From: a virus
Lineage: Duplodnaviria > Caudoviricetes
IMG/VR virus record: IMGVR_UViG_3300034053_000015
Span: 1-40,832 of that record
DNA length: 40,832 bases
Direction: 5' to 3' (one strand)
In this document: piece after piece, positions 1-9,212 of the stretch
Position numbering within the stretch: position 1 is the first letter of the stretch
Layout of the letters: the number at the start of each line of letters is the position of its first letter
Notes under the pieces: generated by a model
Databases searched by the model: none
Told to the model about the DNA's origin: nothing
The model's input: the letters and a program-made list of their open reading frames with translations, nothing else
Program-made: the position numbers and the translations under genes

Positions 1-127
1 CCCCCCCCCTGCCTGCTGCTCGATGCCGGCTACACCTAGCACTGGTGCGGCTCGGCGAGTGAGTGAGTGCTAACTGCTGGCGGCTACCGGGCAGGGCTGC
101 TGCTGGATTGGGACTGCTGGCAGTATG
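1..127. repeat. Terminal direct repeat copy 1 (circular assembly overlap)
   Basis: 1-127 is identical to 40706-40832; 127 is a common assembler k-mer size. Confidence 0.95.
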
Positions 128-490
128 GTGATAGGGGGCGGGGTGGGCACCGCAACAGACTACCACTACAGCTAGAAGCTGGACTGCTGGACTATTGGAA
201 GCTAGGGGATACCGGACTACCAAGGTGAATCAAGCTAGGCCATTACCTATTACTTATCCTTACTGGTGTGCTTAGTTATCGCGGATTCTGGTAGCGATAA
301 TCCATATTCGACTGCTAGACGCGAATCGTTGCAAATTGCAACAGTCTAATTAATACGCACGCGCACGTGACACTGTGTAAACAAAACTCGTACAAAAAAA
401 TCATTGTTTCAGTGACTGCGCGAATTCCTGGGAATGCCGATAATTCAGGCGTGCACTGTCGCACTCAACCAAACTACAAGAGGCTACAAA

Positions 491-610
491 ATGCTGCTAC
501 TAATCCAGAGCTTGCGCGCAAGACTAGATCGCCATGAGATTACCGAAGAACAGGTCTATCACACGGTCTGCTGTCTGATAGAAGTATTCAATAACGAATT
601 GGGGGAATGA
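491..610 (+). CDS. Small hypothetical protein (39 aa, MLLLIQSLRARLDRHEITEEQ...)
   Basis: SD AAGAGG upstream; stop overlaps the next start (ATGA at 607-610); below the ORF-track cutoff. Confidence 0.6.
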   Translation: MLLLIQSLRARLDRHEITEEQVYHTVCCLIEVFNNELGE

Positions 611-1254
611 ACATGCGCAAAGTAATCGCGATTCAAGTTGCCGGTACGATGTCACAAACAAGCAAGATGCCTTGCAAATCGTTCGGATTGCCCACTAGTG
701 TTTGCAATGTCGGCGGAAAGCTTCGCGGCGTTCCCGGGAGTGCTTGTAATGGCTGTTACGCTGACAAGGGCTTTTACAAACTATATCCTACGGTAGCCAC
801 TAGTCAAGGTAATCGTCTTGAAAAACTCATGGCTGCGTTATCTGATGCGGATCTCGCAAGAGAATGGATCGATGCGGTAAAAACCCTGATCGGTACTGAT
901 ACGCTGTTCCGCTGGCACGATAGCGGTGATCTGATCAACGAAAAGCATCTATCGCTTATCGTGCAAGTTGCTATCGAAATGCCGGATGTCCAATTCTGGT
1001 TGCCTACTCGCGAGGCCGGATTAGTAAATCGGTTCTTCGATCAGTATGCTTTGCCGGACAATCTAGTTATCCGCCTATCCGCTCCGATGATAGATGGCGC
1101 GCCTAGTTCCACGCGGTTCAATACTTCCACAATACATCGCAACTATGAAGCTATCGGTTTTGAATGCGGTGCACCGTCACGTGGCGGTTATTGCGGTGAT
1201 TGTCGGGCATGTTGGAATCGCGATGTCCCAAATGTTTCTTATGCTTTCCATTAA
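607..1254 (+). CDS. GP88-family (radical-SAM-like, Cys-rich) phage protein
   Basis: C..C..CYA, FRWHDSGD, WLPTRE, NLVIRLSA and C-terminal CGDCRACW...SY.H motifs. Confidence 0.8.
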   Translation: MNMRKVIAIQVAGTMSQTSKMPCKSFGLPTSVCNVGGKLRGVPGSACNGCYADKGFYKLYPTVATSQGNRLEKLMAALSDADLAREWIDAVKTLIGTDTLFRWHDSGDLINEKHLSLIVQVAIEMPDVQFWLPTREAGLVNRFFDQYALPDNLVIRLSAPMIDGAPSSTRFNTSTIHRNYEAIGFECGAPSRGGYCGDCRACWNRDVPNVSYAFH

Positions 1255-1267
1255 TCGGGAGTTGATC

Positions 1268-1429
1268 ATGCGTGACACCATAACCGCAGCAGCTTTTGCA
1301 GCATGTTTCGTTACCGGCCTGATCGGTTTCGCCCTTTGGATAGTATCGCCCTTTACGGGATTAACCCTGATGCTCTTGGGCGGATTGTCGGGCCTTATTT
1401 CTATGCTTTTACTTGGGAGATCAGAATGA
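1268..1429 (+). CDS. Small two-TM membrane protein (53 aa)
   Basis: SD GGGAG before ATG 1268; two hydrophobic stretches. Confidence 0.65.
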   Translation: MRDTITAAAFAACFVTGLIGFALWIVSPFTGLTLMLLGGLSGLISMLLLGRSE

Positions 1430-1482
1430 GCGGCGCCCTTGCCTTGATCGCTAGTCTATTGGTAATCCTTACTCGCAGATAG
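1426..1482 (+). CDS. 18-aa hydrophobic micropeptide MSGALALIASLLVILTRR
   Basis: ATGA coupling to the upstream gene, SD GGGAG. Confidence 0.4.
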   Translation: MSGALALIASLLVILTRR

Positions 1483-1506
1483 AGTAAGATACTTCCTCCT
1501 CCCTTA

Positions 1507-1547
1507 ACCCCGGATCGTAGCGTCTCCGCTCTCCGGGGTATTTTTTT
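1507..1547 (+). terminator. Rho-independent terminator
   Basis: ACCCCGGA/TCCGGGGT stem followed by a T7 tract. Confidence 0.8.
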
Positions 1548-1654
1548 GCCTGTAATCTAGGCAAATCAGCGTTCGATATTGCCGATACCGCTTGCAAAAT
1601 GGGCGCATAGTGGCCCTAAACCGCTGGCCAGAATGAATGCACTCGGAACAGGTC

Positions 1655-2227
1655 TTACAACTTGTTGCTTCGCTTTGCATCGCTCAATCGCTTTCTGTAA
1701 TCGTCACGGATAGCTATCAAATCATCCTTGCTTAACTTAGCGGGAGGATGCGGCCCTTCTAGCCATTCGACCTTGTCAAGACCTATGCGCTCGATTAAAC
1801 CCTCACGGTATCGCCTAGCAGTGCCAGCAGGGTTGAAGTAGTTACACTGCGAGCACTGGCGGTTTATGTTTCCCTCGTCGGCAGCATAGGCTAACTCAGG
1901 ATGACTTCCACGGCTAAGGTAATGGCCAGCATGCCACTGTCCAGACCATGTGCTAGGTTTGTCGCAGGATATACAGCCTAAGTCTCGATCCCTATAGCGC
2001 ACCCAGGAATTTACCGCTTGTTGCGCCATTCTTCTATAGTCAGACAACGTATATAGTTTTTCTTTCTGTTCTTTATATATACGTTTATTCTGTATAGCTT
2101 TCTGCTTTTCTATATATATAAGGCTACATTCTACGGAACAAGTTTTATGGGTAATAGACCTCTTTATATATTCACCCTTGCAGACCTTGCACTTGCCGGT
2201 TGATCTACTCTTCAAGATAAACTCCAC
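1655..2227 (-). CDS. ninG: NinG/Rap-family recombination endonuclease
   Basis: CKVC..CSVEC zinc finger; VRYRDRDLGCISC, WHAGHY.SRG, NINRQCSQCN, YREGLIERIG. Confidence 0.9.
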   Translation of the reverse strand: MEFILKSRSTGKCKVCKGEYIKRSITHKTCSVECSLIYIEKQKAIQNKRIYKEQKEKLYTLSDYRRMAQQAVNSWVRYRDRDLGCISCDKPSTWSGQWHAGHYLSRGSHPELAYAADEGNINRQCSQCNYFNPAGTARRYREGLIERIGLDKVEWLEGPHPPAKLSKDDLIAIRDDYRKRLSDAKRSNKL

Positions 2228-2507
2228 GTTCAGATAGCCAGACCTCTACCTTAGTCGTGTATATATTCCAATCCTTTATATTCATTTTACTGGTAGATAT
2301 TGGAATCAATAATGTACTCCAATCAGGCATTTCTACCTCACGCATAGGTAAATATTGCCTCTTAAAATACTCGTGCCACACCTCGGCTTTGAATTGCCCT
2401 AGTTGATCCGCAGCCTTTCTTATCAGCGCCCAGTAACGTGCGTTTTGTGGCTGAGTTCGGGTACGTTTCCTATGACAGGTCGGACAACGCTCTTCTGATA
2501 GCATCAA
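2205..2507 (-). CDS. ninB: NinB/Orf-family recombination protein
   Basis: RT.PQNARYWAL, WHEYFK, STSKMN..DW..Y motifs; adjacent to ninG. Confidence 0.75.
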   Translation of the reverse strand: MMLSEERCPTCHRKRTRTQPQNARYWALIRKAADQLGQFKAEVWHEYFKRQYLPMREVEMPDWSTLLIPISTSKMNIKDWNIYTTKVEVWLSERGVYLEE

Positions 2508-2583
2508 GAATACCTCTCAGACTGATTTATAGCCTCTTGGTGCGGTTTTTAGGAAAAATTCATCCACGTGCTTGAACTACAGA

Positions 2584-2868
2584 TCAGAACGGGCATTCAG
2601 CGACGTTTTCGACAGTCTTAGCATTTCGTATCCGATCAGCCATGATCTGTTCTTCTATCCGATACTTGACCGATTCATTTAATCTCATCTCTATATATTC
2701 CTTGATCTCCAAAGCCCTCGATTGTGGCGTTGAGTTCGGACTGAATCTAAGCTGAGATTCAGAGGGGGAGTTTATATAGGTGGAAACCCACTTCACCACC
2801 GCATCGGTAGTATCACCAACCATAGCAGCGTATTCGATTATTGATTTACCGGCATTAACTTTAATCAC
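2584..2868 (-). CDS. Hypothetical protein
   Basis: 94-aa ORF coupled to prim-pol. Confidence 0.6.
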   Translation of the reverse strand: MIKVNAGKSIIEYAAMVGDTTDAVVKWVSTYINSPSESQLRFSPNSTPQSRALEIKEYIEMRLNESVKYRIEEQIMADRIRNAKTVENVAECPF

Positions 2869-3695
2869 AATATATTCCCCATTTGATTATTGGTATATTT
2901 AGATATTGATTTAGCTATTAAACGTACCTCATCCTGAGATAATGGCGGTGAGCAATGGTCGAGATTTGAATACCACAATGCCGCCATGATCGGTTTATAG
3001 CCTAGCCCTTTGTTCCTCAGTACTCCACCTATGGAAGCGAGCCAAACATTTCTTCCGCCCTCCTGAATCACCTTACTTACATTATTCTCATCAGATAGCT
3101 CAGTACGCTTGACTATGGGTTGATATATAAGCTTATGTAACCAGTCGGGTAACGGGGCAAATCCTGATTCTGATGGGTGGCTGCTGGCTTCCCATTCATA
3201 AGTCCCACCGCTTGCGTGTCTTGATCCTGGTGCTACGACAAATCCACCATCTCCCCTGAAATCTACTCCTGAGTTCCCACCGATATTGGTTCCGTTCTTC
3301 AGATAGCCGGAGGATTTGAAATAGTAGTGAGAACCTCCTGATCCGGTTATGACTTGGGCGGTATCGGGTAACTTTCCATGCTTGACCATCAGGTTATCAA
3401 GTGAATCCTGACCACCATGCCGGGGGTCTATATCAAGAACTACCACTCCAGATAGTTGCCCGGTGATTACACCGTAATTCACTTCTGCCTTGAATGCTTT
3501 AGACCATGCTCTAACGTGTTCCGGGTTCTTCTCCCCAACTTCCTGCCACTTGTTCGAAAATGGGTGCTTGGCTATGGAAGTGCATCTTTCACCTCGATTA
3601 CAACTACAGACTACTTTTGATCCTACCTTGATCGGGTAATGGACTGGAACCAGTGCCAGCCCGAACTGAACCAGTTCAATCGCGTCATCAATCAC
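2865..3695 (-). CDS. Bifunctional primase/polymerase (Prim-Pol) with PriCT-like C-terminal domain
   Basis: NYGVITG..SGVVVLDIDPRHGG, TGSGGSHYYF, DFRGDGGFVVAPGSRH.SG..Y.W; C-terminal EGGRN..L..C.PPL..EV. Confidence 0.92.
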   Translation of the reverse strand: MIDDAIELVQFGLALVPVHYPIKVGSKVVCSCNRGERCTSIAKHPFSNKWQEVGEKNPEHVRAWSKAFKAEVNYGVITGQLSGVVVLDIDPRHGGQDSLDNLMVKHGKLPDTAQVITGSGGSHYYFKSSGYLKNGTNIGGNSGVDFRGDGGFVVAPGSRHASGGTYEWEASSHPSESGFAPLPDWLHKLIYQPIVKRTELSDENNVSKVIQEGGRNVWLASIGGVLRNKGLGYKPIMAALWYSNLDHCSPPLSQDEVRLIAKSISKYTNNQMGNIL

Positions 3696-4441
3696 GCTGC
3701 TCTCCCTATCTCATTATTTGCCATCTCGCAGAAGATCCCGCACTGTATCTCAGGTTCATCAGAGTAATTCCCTGCGCCTGATTGCAGTTCGTCAAGGAAT
3801 GACCGTTCTTCCCCAATGCGGATAAGCCTAACTCCTAGCCTCCGAGATTCTGTAGCCATACGATCAAACGCATCAGGGAAATCAACCCTAATCTTGTTCC
3901 AGTAGCCTTGCCCAGTAGCCTTGCAGCATCCAATGCAGTTGTTGTGCTTGTATCCAAGTTGGTACATCACAGGTAGCTGAATTCCTGCACGTTCAATCAT
4001 TGCCAAACAATCGCTATGTTCAAGGCCTCGATCTATCAATGGGGATACCGCGTCAATATTGTTTGCGTCTAGAAAGTGGTCAAATCTACCTTGCTCTTCC
4101 GCGCAATATCCAAACACATGTCTGTCTGTAGGTAGTTCAAACTTGCGGCGAACTTCCTTCTTTAATTCAAGAGTGCATGGCGCACCGGCAATTCCAGAGA
4201 TGTATCTACGTTGTCGGAACACCTCATAAATAGACCCATCGAACTTCTCATTGATTAGGTTTGTAATCGGCATCCCGAACCACTTCTCGCAGTCACTAGC
4301 GAACCGCTCGTTGTCAGGATGCTCTTCCCGCACTATGCACCGAGCCACTATGATAGGAAACTTCCCTGCATTTGCCATGATTGCCAACTTCGTAGCCACT
4401 GCACTTGCTGCGCCGCAGCTAAACCAACACACAATCCTCAT
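3692..4441 (-). CDS. PAPS-reductase-like adenine nucleotide alpha-hydrolase (PP-loop) protein
   Basis: WFSCGAASAVA PP-loop-like motif; Cys cluster GAPCT, HNNCIGCCK, CGIFC. Confidence 0.75.
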   Translation of the reverse strand: MRIVCWFSCGAASAVATKLAIMANAGKFPIIVARCIVREEHPDNERFASDCEKWFGMPITNLINEKFDGSIYEVFRQRRYISGIAGAPCTLELKKEVRRKFELPTDRHVFGYCAEEQGRFDHFLDANNIDAVSPLIDRGLEHSDCLAMIERAGIQLPVMYQLGYKHNNCIGCCKATGQGYWNKIRVDFPDAFDRMATESRRLGVRLIRIGEERSFLDELQSGAGNYSDEPEIQCGIFCEMANNEIGRAA

Positions 4442-6936
4442 GCCGCTCTCCTCATAATGTTCTCCTTTTCCTTCGATTTTTGATATTTGATGCGCTCATG
4501 GATCAGCCATTTCTCCACTTCCTGAGTCATGGGGCCTGGCTCCTTGGGCATCTTGTTACTGGGGAAATGTCCAACCATATCCTTGAACTTGTAATAGGCT
4601 AGACCGGGCTTAAGACCTTTCGACTGACACCACCCCAAGAGCGCACTATAAATCCTTTGCTTTTCTTGCATCGTGTAATTAGTGGCTTTTTTTGATAGCT
4701 GAACCAATTCACCATCTTCAGTCTCCTGCTCTTTCGGGGTAGGTTTCGGTTCAAACTTGCATACCGGACACTTCCTGACGGATCTTGGTCTAACGGCAAA
4801 GCAACTGGGACATACGATAGGAAGGTTCTCCGGCTTCTCCTGCTTCTCTTTTGGTTTCCCATCATCCAACTCATACGACCTGACTTCCGTAGGCCAGCCG
4901 AGCCTCTTAACTATCCCTGCATGGTCTAAGATGGTAGCCTTTTCCTTCCCTGGGTGTGGCCTCAATACTCGCCCTACCATCTGAACGAACCGGATCTGAC
5001 TACGGGTAGGCCGGGCTAAGACACACACTGACGTTGAAGGCACGTCGAATCCCTCACTAAGCATAGAACAGTTTGAGAGGATTTGGAACTCACCCCTACG
5101 GAACGCTTCAATGATGGGTTTTCGCTCCTCATCATCCATATATCCATCGACATGCCTAGCATCGAAGCCATGAGCCTTGAACTGTTCGACTATATGCCTT
5201 GAATGGGCTACATTCACCGCAAAACAGACTGTTTGCTCACCACCACCTAGCTTGATCCATGTCTTGACTATATCCCCGACCAAGACATCCTTATCCGTAG
5301 CCGCGGCTAGTTGGGTCTTGTCGTAATCCCCATTGACAACCTTCACTCCGGTCAGATCTGGCTCTCCAGGTGCGTATATATCGCAATCGACCAAAAATCC
5401 ATCACGGATCAGGTCAGGGATAGTCGCAGCGACCACGACATCCTGCCAGAGCGGTTCGTTGTTAAGTTCCTTGTGCTTCCGTGCCATCCCCTTACTCCAC
5501 GGGGTTGCAGTCAGGCCAATGATCGGGACGTTGGTGTTTCTATGGATAAGGGAGTGGTAAGCGGCTGATCCGGCACTGGAATGGCACTCGTCGATGATTA
5601 TGAGATCGTAGTCCTGAGACTTTCTACGAATCATGGTCTGGATTGAGGCAACGACCACTTGGGCCGCCGCATTGTGCGTATTAGTACCTTGAAGAATCCC
5701 GCATTTGATACCCAGCTTCTCAAACGCTTCAGCCGCCTGTTTAACCAACTCAATCCTGTTGGCTACGAACACCACCCGCTTCCCCCTCGAGGTTCCCAAC
5801 CGGATTATCTCTCCGGCTATGCGGGTCTTCCCTGAATTATGAGTGACCGTAAAATCACCCATCAAGTACCTATGATTGCCATCAACCTCCCATCCATAGT
5901 AATCATCCTCTCCAATCATCTCAACATTGAATCCTGTTCGCAGCACTGACTTTTTCTGAAGTCTTTGAAATGCAGGATGCTTTACTGTTGGAATGATCGA
6001 GAAATCGCCAGAGATTGATACGCGATAGTAAATCCCACCTGCGCCAGTCTGACAATACTTCTCTGCCTCAGACTTGTAGGCCGAAAACCCTAGCGATCTG
6101 GCTACAAAACAAACATCATCAGCCAACTGCTCAGATTTGCTTATCCAGTCATAGTGCCCGTGCGCAAGATGCCCATCAGTATCAAGCAATCCGGCAAGCA
6201 TCTCGTACCTAGCCTCTACTGATGCAGTCTTGTACTGATCGGGGATGAATTTACCTTCTGCTTTTGAACCATACAACCCCAGCCTTTTTAGTTTCTCGAT
6301 CAGTGGATTACCAATCCCTCTTGGGTTAGTTAGATTGATGCAATCGCATCTGTTTGACTTATGCACAGAAACCCATCCTTGCACATCAGTAGCAAGCTCA
6401 ATCACCCTGGCCTGTATATCTTTTTCTGGATTTGTTACTGATGGAGATCCACCTCCAAGATACCCATCACCAATCAATACCCCAAGCAACCAAGGATGGA
6501 TTGGCAAATCATCATTCCCGCCTTCAAACTCTGCAACTCCAACTCGATATAGCTTGTGGCAGTGCTTCCTATGCTTTGCCCACCCTAGCCACTCTTGCAC
6601 TGAAACATCCACAATATCGCCAGTCTCAGTGTGAACAAGAGATAGGATATGGCCTAGATTAACAACGAATGGATTTCCCTTAGTGGGGATTACCTTGACC
6701 ATTTCCTGCCTACCTCTGTGCAACTCTAGAACAGTCCTGAATCCAGAATCTCCAATCAGTCTGTCTCCGACTTGGATATCCTCGGCTGGCTTTGCTGATC
6801 CATCAGCCATAAGAATCATTTGCCCTTTGGCGTGACACCCCGTCGCAGCCACCATCACTACCCTTTTAACTCCCTGCTGTATCCGAGTCCGTAAGTTCTG
6901 GATTGCCTCGGATTGATATGGCCTAAGTTCTGACAT
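4438..6936 (-). CDS. SF2 DNA helicase (RadD/YejH-like) with C-terminal zinc ribbon, containing an intein
   Basis: LRPYQ Q-motif, Walker A AATG|SGKT split by the intein, DECH, GLTATP, LSEGFD, QMVGRVLR, CPSC..CPVC. Confidence 0.93.
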   Translation of the reverse strand: MSELRPYQSEAIQNLRTRIQQGVKRVVMVAATGCHAKGQMILMADGSAKPAEDIQVGDRLIGDSGFRTVLELHRGRQEMVKVIPTKGNPFVVNLGHILSLVHTETGDIVDVSVQEWLGWAKHRKHCHKLYRVGVAEFEGGNDDLPIHPWLLGVLIGDGYLGGGSPSVTNPEKDIQARVIELATDVQGWVSVHKSNRCDCINLTNPRGIGNPLIEKLKRLGLYGSKAEGKFIPDQYKTASVEARYEMLAGLLDTDGHLAHGHYDWISKSEQLADDVCFVARSLGFSAYKSEAEKYCQTGAGGIYYRVSISGDFSIIPTVKHPAFQRLQKKSVLRTGFNVEMIGEDDYYGWEVDGNHRYLMGDFTVTHNSGKTRIAGEIIRLGTSRGKRVVFVANRIELVKQAAEAFEKLGIKCGILQGTNTHNAAAQVVVASIQTMIRRKSQDYDLIIIDECHSSAGSAAYHSLIHRNTNVPIIGLTATPWSKGMARKHKELNNEPLWQDVVVAATIPDLIRDGFLVDCDIYAPGEPDLTGVKVVNGDYDKTQLAAATDKDVLVGDIVKTWIKLGGGEQTVCFAVNVAHSRHIVEQFKAHGFDARHVDGYMDDEERKPIIEAFRRGEFQILSNCSMLSEGFDVPSTSVCVLARPTRSQIRFVQMVGRVLRPHPGKEKATILDHAGIVKRLGWPTEVRSYELDDGKPKEKQEKPENLPIVCPSCFAVRPRSVRKCPVCKFEPKPTPKEQETEDGELVQLSKKATNYTMQEKQRIYSALLGWCQSKGLKPGLAYYKFKDMVGHFPSNKMPKEPGPMTQEVEKWLIHERIKYQKSKEKENIMRRAA
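5836..6837 (-). mobile_element. Intein (334 aa) with in-frame LAGLIDADG homing endonuclease, inserted in helicase Walker A
   Basis: Starts CHAKGQMILMADG, block B VVNLGHIL, LAGLIDADG motifs LLGVLIGDG and LAGLLDTDG, ends VTHN|S. Confidence 0.95.
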
Positions 6937-7177
6937 TACGCTGCTCCTTCTTGGCTTGCTTGGCGCGGATCTTCAAAGTTATTTTCGATAGCTTAGTCTT
7001 GGCTTCTTCAAACTCTATCGCCTTCTCTTCCGTTATGTACATCCCGATCACCCTATCCATCCATCCCTTCGTCTTGTTTCGCGGCTTGATTCCTAGTACC
7101 GCCAATTGAGCATTTGTCCATGAGCCAACTTTGTCTGAAGTTGAGTTAGCCCGGAGCCATTTTTCTGTAACTATCAT
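6923..7177 (-). CDS. Small hypothetical phage protein (WT.AQL..LG..GW motif)
   Basis: ATG 7177 with SD AAAGGG; overlaps helicase start. Confidence 0.7.
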   Translation of the reverse strand: MIVTEKWLRANSTSDKVGSWTNAQLAVLGIKPRNKTKGWMDRVIGMYITEEKAIEFEEAKTKLSKITLKIRAKQAKKEQRNVRT

Positions 7178-7243
7178 GCTAATACCCTTTCTGTAAGTGT
7201 GGTCTTTCCGACCGGACATCAATGTGTACACTGTGTACTATGG

Positions 7244-7702
7244 TTAGTAGGGTATATGATCCAGCTGTATACTTCTATTTGCTTCAAGGGGTGTTGAAGG
7301 GGTGTTCAAGGGTACTTCAAGGGGTGTTGAAGGGGCCTTCGATTTCATTCTTGGTGGCCCTCCAAAGATTCCACCGACTACCGGCTTCTTCGCTCTCGAC
7401 TTCCCCGAGTTTATTCCGCCCTTCTTTGAGCTTTCTCGGTGCTTGCGGTATTCAAAAAGTTGGTTCTCAATATCAGTTTCAAGCCAGAACTCCCCCAACT
7501 TCACGAACATCAGATCAAGCACTGGCTGGATCTCTTCCTCGGTGTGGCCGGTGACTTTCTTCAGGTAATCCATGTCATCAGGGATGGATGATTCCCTGTA
7601 GTAGTAATCCCATGAAAGATAGAGATAGGTCATCTTCTGCTTATCACTCAGTCGGTGAGTTTTAGCAAGGAAGTTGTTGATATGATGCTGATAATAGTGC
7701 AA
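7244..7702 (-). CDS. DUF1376/YdaU-like replication initiator
   Basis: MHYYQHHINNF...HRLS...Y..L...YY N-terminus; KKGG..S motif; internal iterons; SD AAGGAG, TTG start. Confidence 0.8.
   Translation of the reverse strand: MHYYQHHINNFLAKTHRLSDKQKMTYLYLSWDYYYRESSIPDDMDYLKKVTGHTEEEIQPVLDLMFVKLGEFWLETDIENQLFEYRKHRESSKKGGINSGKSRAKKPVVGGIFGGPPRMKSKAPSTPLEVPLNTPSTPLEANRSIQLDHIPY
7283..7335. repeat. Iteron-like direct repeats, putative replication origin
   Basis: TTCAAGGGGTGTTGAAGGGG at 7283 and 7316 with a related unit between; inside the initiator gene, as in lambdoid O genes. Confidence 0.65.
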
Positions 7703-7707
7703 AGCAA

Positions 7708-7833
7708 TCTCCTTAGGGTGCTGGCCTGTCAGGTGGAGTTCCGGCAGGTCGCAACCGTATTACGGTTTAGATTCGGTCAAACAGACCAGCCCTAAGGAGA
7801 CTGTAAGACCTGCATTGCGCCTTCCACAGCGCA
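7708..7833 (-). ncRNA. Structured cis-regulatory leader resembling C4/CI antisense-type RNAs
   Basis: Long stem 7708-7729/7781-7800 buries the SD; internal hairpin 7753-7767; complementary boxes 7744-7750/7807-7813. Confidence 0.55.
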
Positions 7834-7838
7834 CTCAA

Positions 7839-7866
7839 ATCATACTACTTCCATAGCCACAGTCAA
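7839..7866 (-). promoter_or_regulatory. Sigma70-like promoter for the replication operon
   Basis: TTGACT-N16-TATGAT. Confidence 0.7.
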
Positions 7867-7870
7867 GCGG

Positions 7871-8551
7871 CTAGATCAAGCTACTTTGTAACACCGTGTT
7901 ACCAGCGCCGACTTTCAGAATCTCGCCATCGTCGTATCTTTGCTGGTCGCACTTAGGATATTGATTGATGACTCCGTATGCAAGCCTTGATTTCATTGCA
8001 CTTTTTTGCTGTTTATTCCCTGAGAAAAAGAAGTACCTATGCTTAGGCGATGGCTTAACCATTTCAATCCCATTCTCTTTTGCCCATCTAGTCGGATCTG
8101 TAATTCCGCGATCTCTTAAGGTCATAGGGTGAGTCCTAACACCATCAACCAAGTACATTTTGTCGTGGGATACGGTAGCCCCTGTGTATGTCCAATTAGT
8201 TGCCTGATACACAATCCCGCAATGGCTTTGTTCCATGTCTGCGTAGCTGATGATTGCACATGGTGATTCCAACATCTTCAGGCTATTTCCGACCAAGAAA
8301 CTGGCGGCATTCTTGGTCTTGGTCTGAATCACCAGCCTACTAAGCTCGTAAAGTCTAAAATCCCTGCCTTTGAATGCGTGTTTCTGTATCGGCGGGGAAG
8401 GCTGACCATAGACGCAAACACCAACCACCATCCCATCCTCAACCAACCCGAATCCCACCCAAAAGATGCTTGCTCTGCGGGAGTAGTGCTTCTTGGTCAC
8501 AAACTCATCAGCCAGTTTCTTGTCAATTTTTACGACGCTAAGCGATGTCAT
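7871..8551 (-). CDS. Mom-like GNAT-fold DNA modification protein
   Basis: HYS, VGVCVYG.P, YELSRL, ISYAD..QSHCGIVYQATNW.YTG and KHRY motifs of Mu Mom homologs. Confidence 0.8.
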   Translation of the reverse strand: MTSLSVVKIDKKLADEFVTKKHYSRRASIFWVGFGLVEDGMVVGVCVYGQPSPPIQKHAFKGRDFRLYELSRLVIQTKTKNAASFLVGNSLKMLESPCAIISYADMEQSHCGIVYQATNWTYTGATVSHDKMYLVDGVRTHPMTLRDRGITDPTRWAKENGIEMVKPSPKHRYFFFSGNKQQKSAMKSRLAYGVINQYPKCDQQRYDDGEILKVGAGNTVLQSSLI

Positions 8552-8672
8552 TTATTGCTTGCTCCTTGGTAGTTCCGTACCCTGCATTGGTGATCTGGAA
8601 TCCATCAGCATCGGTCTTGTATGCAGTCCATAGCCTAAGTGATCGGTCATAAAACACAACAATATTTTGCAT
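8538..8672 (-). CDS. Small hypothetical protein (44 aa, MQNIVVFYDRSLRLWTAY...)
   Basis: Perfect SD AAGGAGGT; first gene of the leftward operon. Confidence 0.75.
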   Translation of the reverse strand: MQNIVVFYDRSLRLWTAYKTDADGFQITNAGYGTTKEQAINDIA

Positions 8673-8853
8673 ACCACCTCCTTATAAATTAGATTGAATC
8701 ATAGGCCAAAGCAAAGGATTGATTGTTCTGCTTTACGCAACAGACTATTTCACTTTATGGGCTATGCAAGCTCAAATTAGCCTCTATAGTTCAGGTCATG
8801 CACTCAACGCTGAGTGACTCCAGCACCGGGGGAGATCCGGTGGAATCCAAGAA

Positions 8854-9048
8854 ATGACTGATACGCAACGACTGGCTTGGCTCATAGCCAACGTCACTTA
8901 TCTTGAGGACAAGACGCCTCGCAACGCTCCCGGCGGGTACTGGCCGCAAACTGAGGGCAACTCCCAACCCGACCCTGACATGATTGATTTGACCCTGGTC
9001 GAGTACATCGACGCCATGATCGAGAAGGAGTCGACATGCTTACAGTAA
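8854..9048 (+). CDS. Hypothetical protein
   Basis: MTDTQRLAWL...IDAMI pattern; first gene of the rightward cassette. Confidence 0.65.
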   Translation: MTDTQRLAWLIANVTYLEDKTPRNAPGGYWPQTEGNSQPDPDMIDLTLVEYIDAMIEKESTCLQ

Positions 9049-9212
9049 AAATCGACCCGCTGGACGGCAAGGGCGACATTCAGGTGGCAGTTCATGGCTT
9101 CGTCGATGCCCAACGCCTTGAGCAGTTTGTGGCTTGGGCTAAGGCTGTCGCCAACCACTTGACCGAAGCTGAACAACGCATCGCTGAGTTGGAGGCCGAT
9201 CATGGCAATTAA
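9036..9212 (+). CDS. Hypothetical protein (58 aa, MLTVKIDPLDG...)
   Basis: SD AAGGAG; fills the gap between flanking ORFs. Confidence 0.65.
   Translation: MLTVKIDPLDGKGDIQVAVHGFVDAQRLEQFVAWAKAVANHLTEAEQRIAELEADHGN

Noticed and set aside
1-127. Biological terminal repeat
   Set aside because: Exactly 127 nt starting inside a homopolymer; best explained as an assembler k-mer overlap
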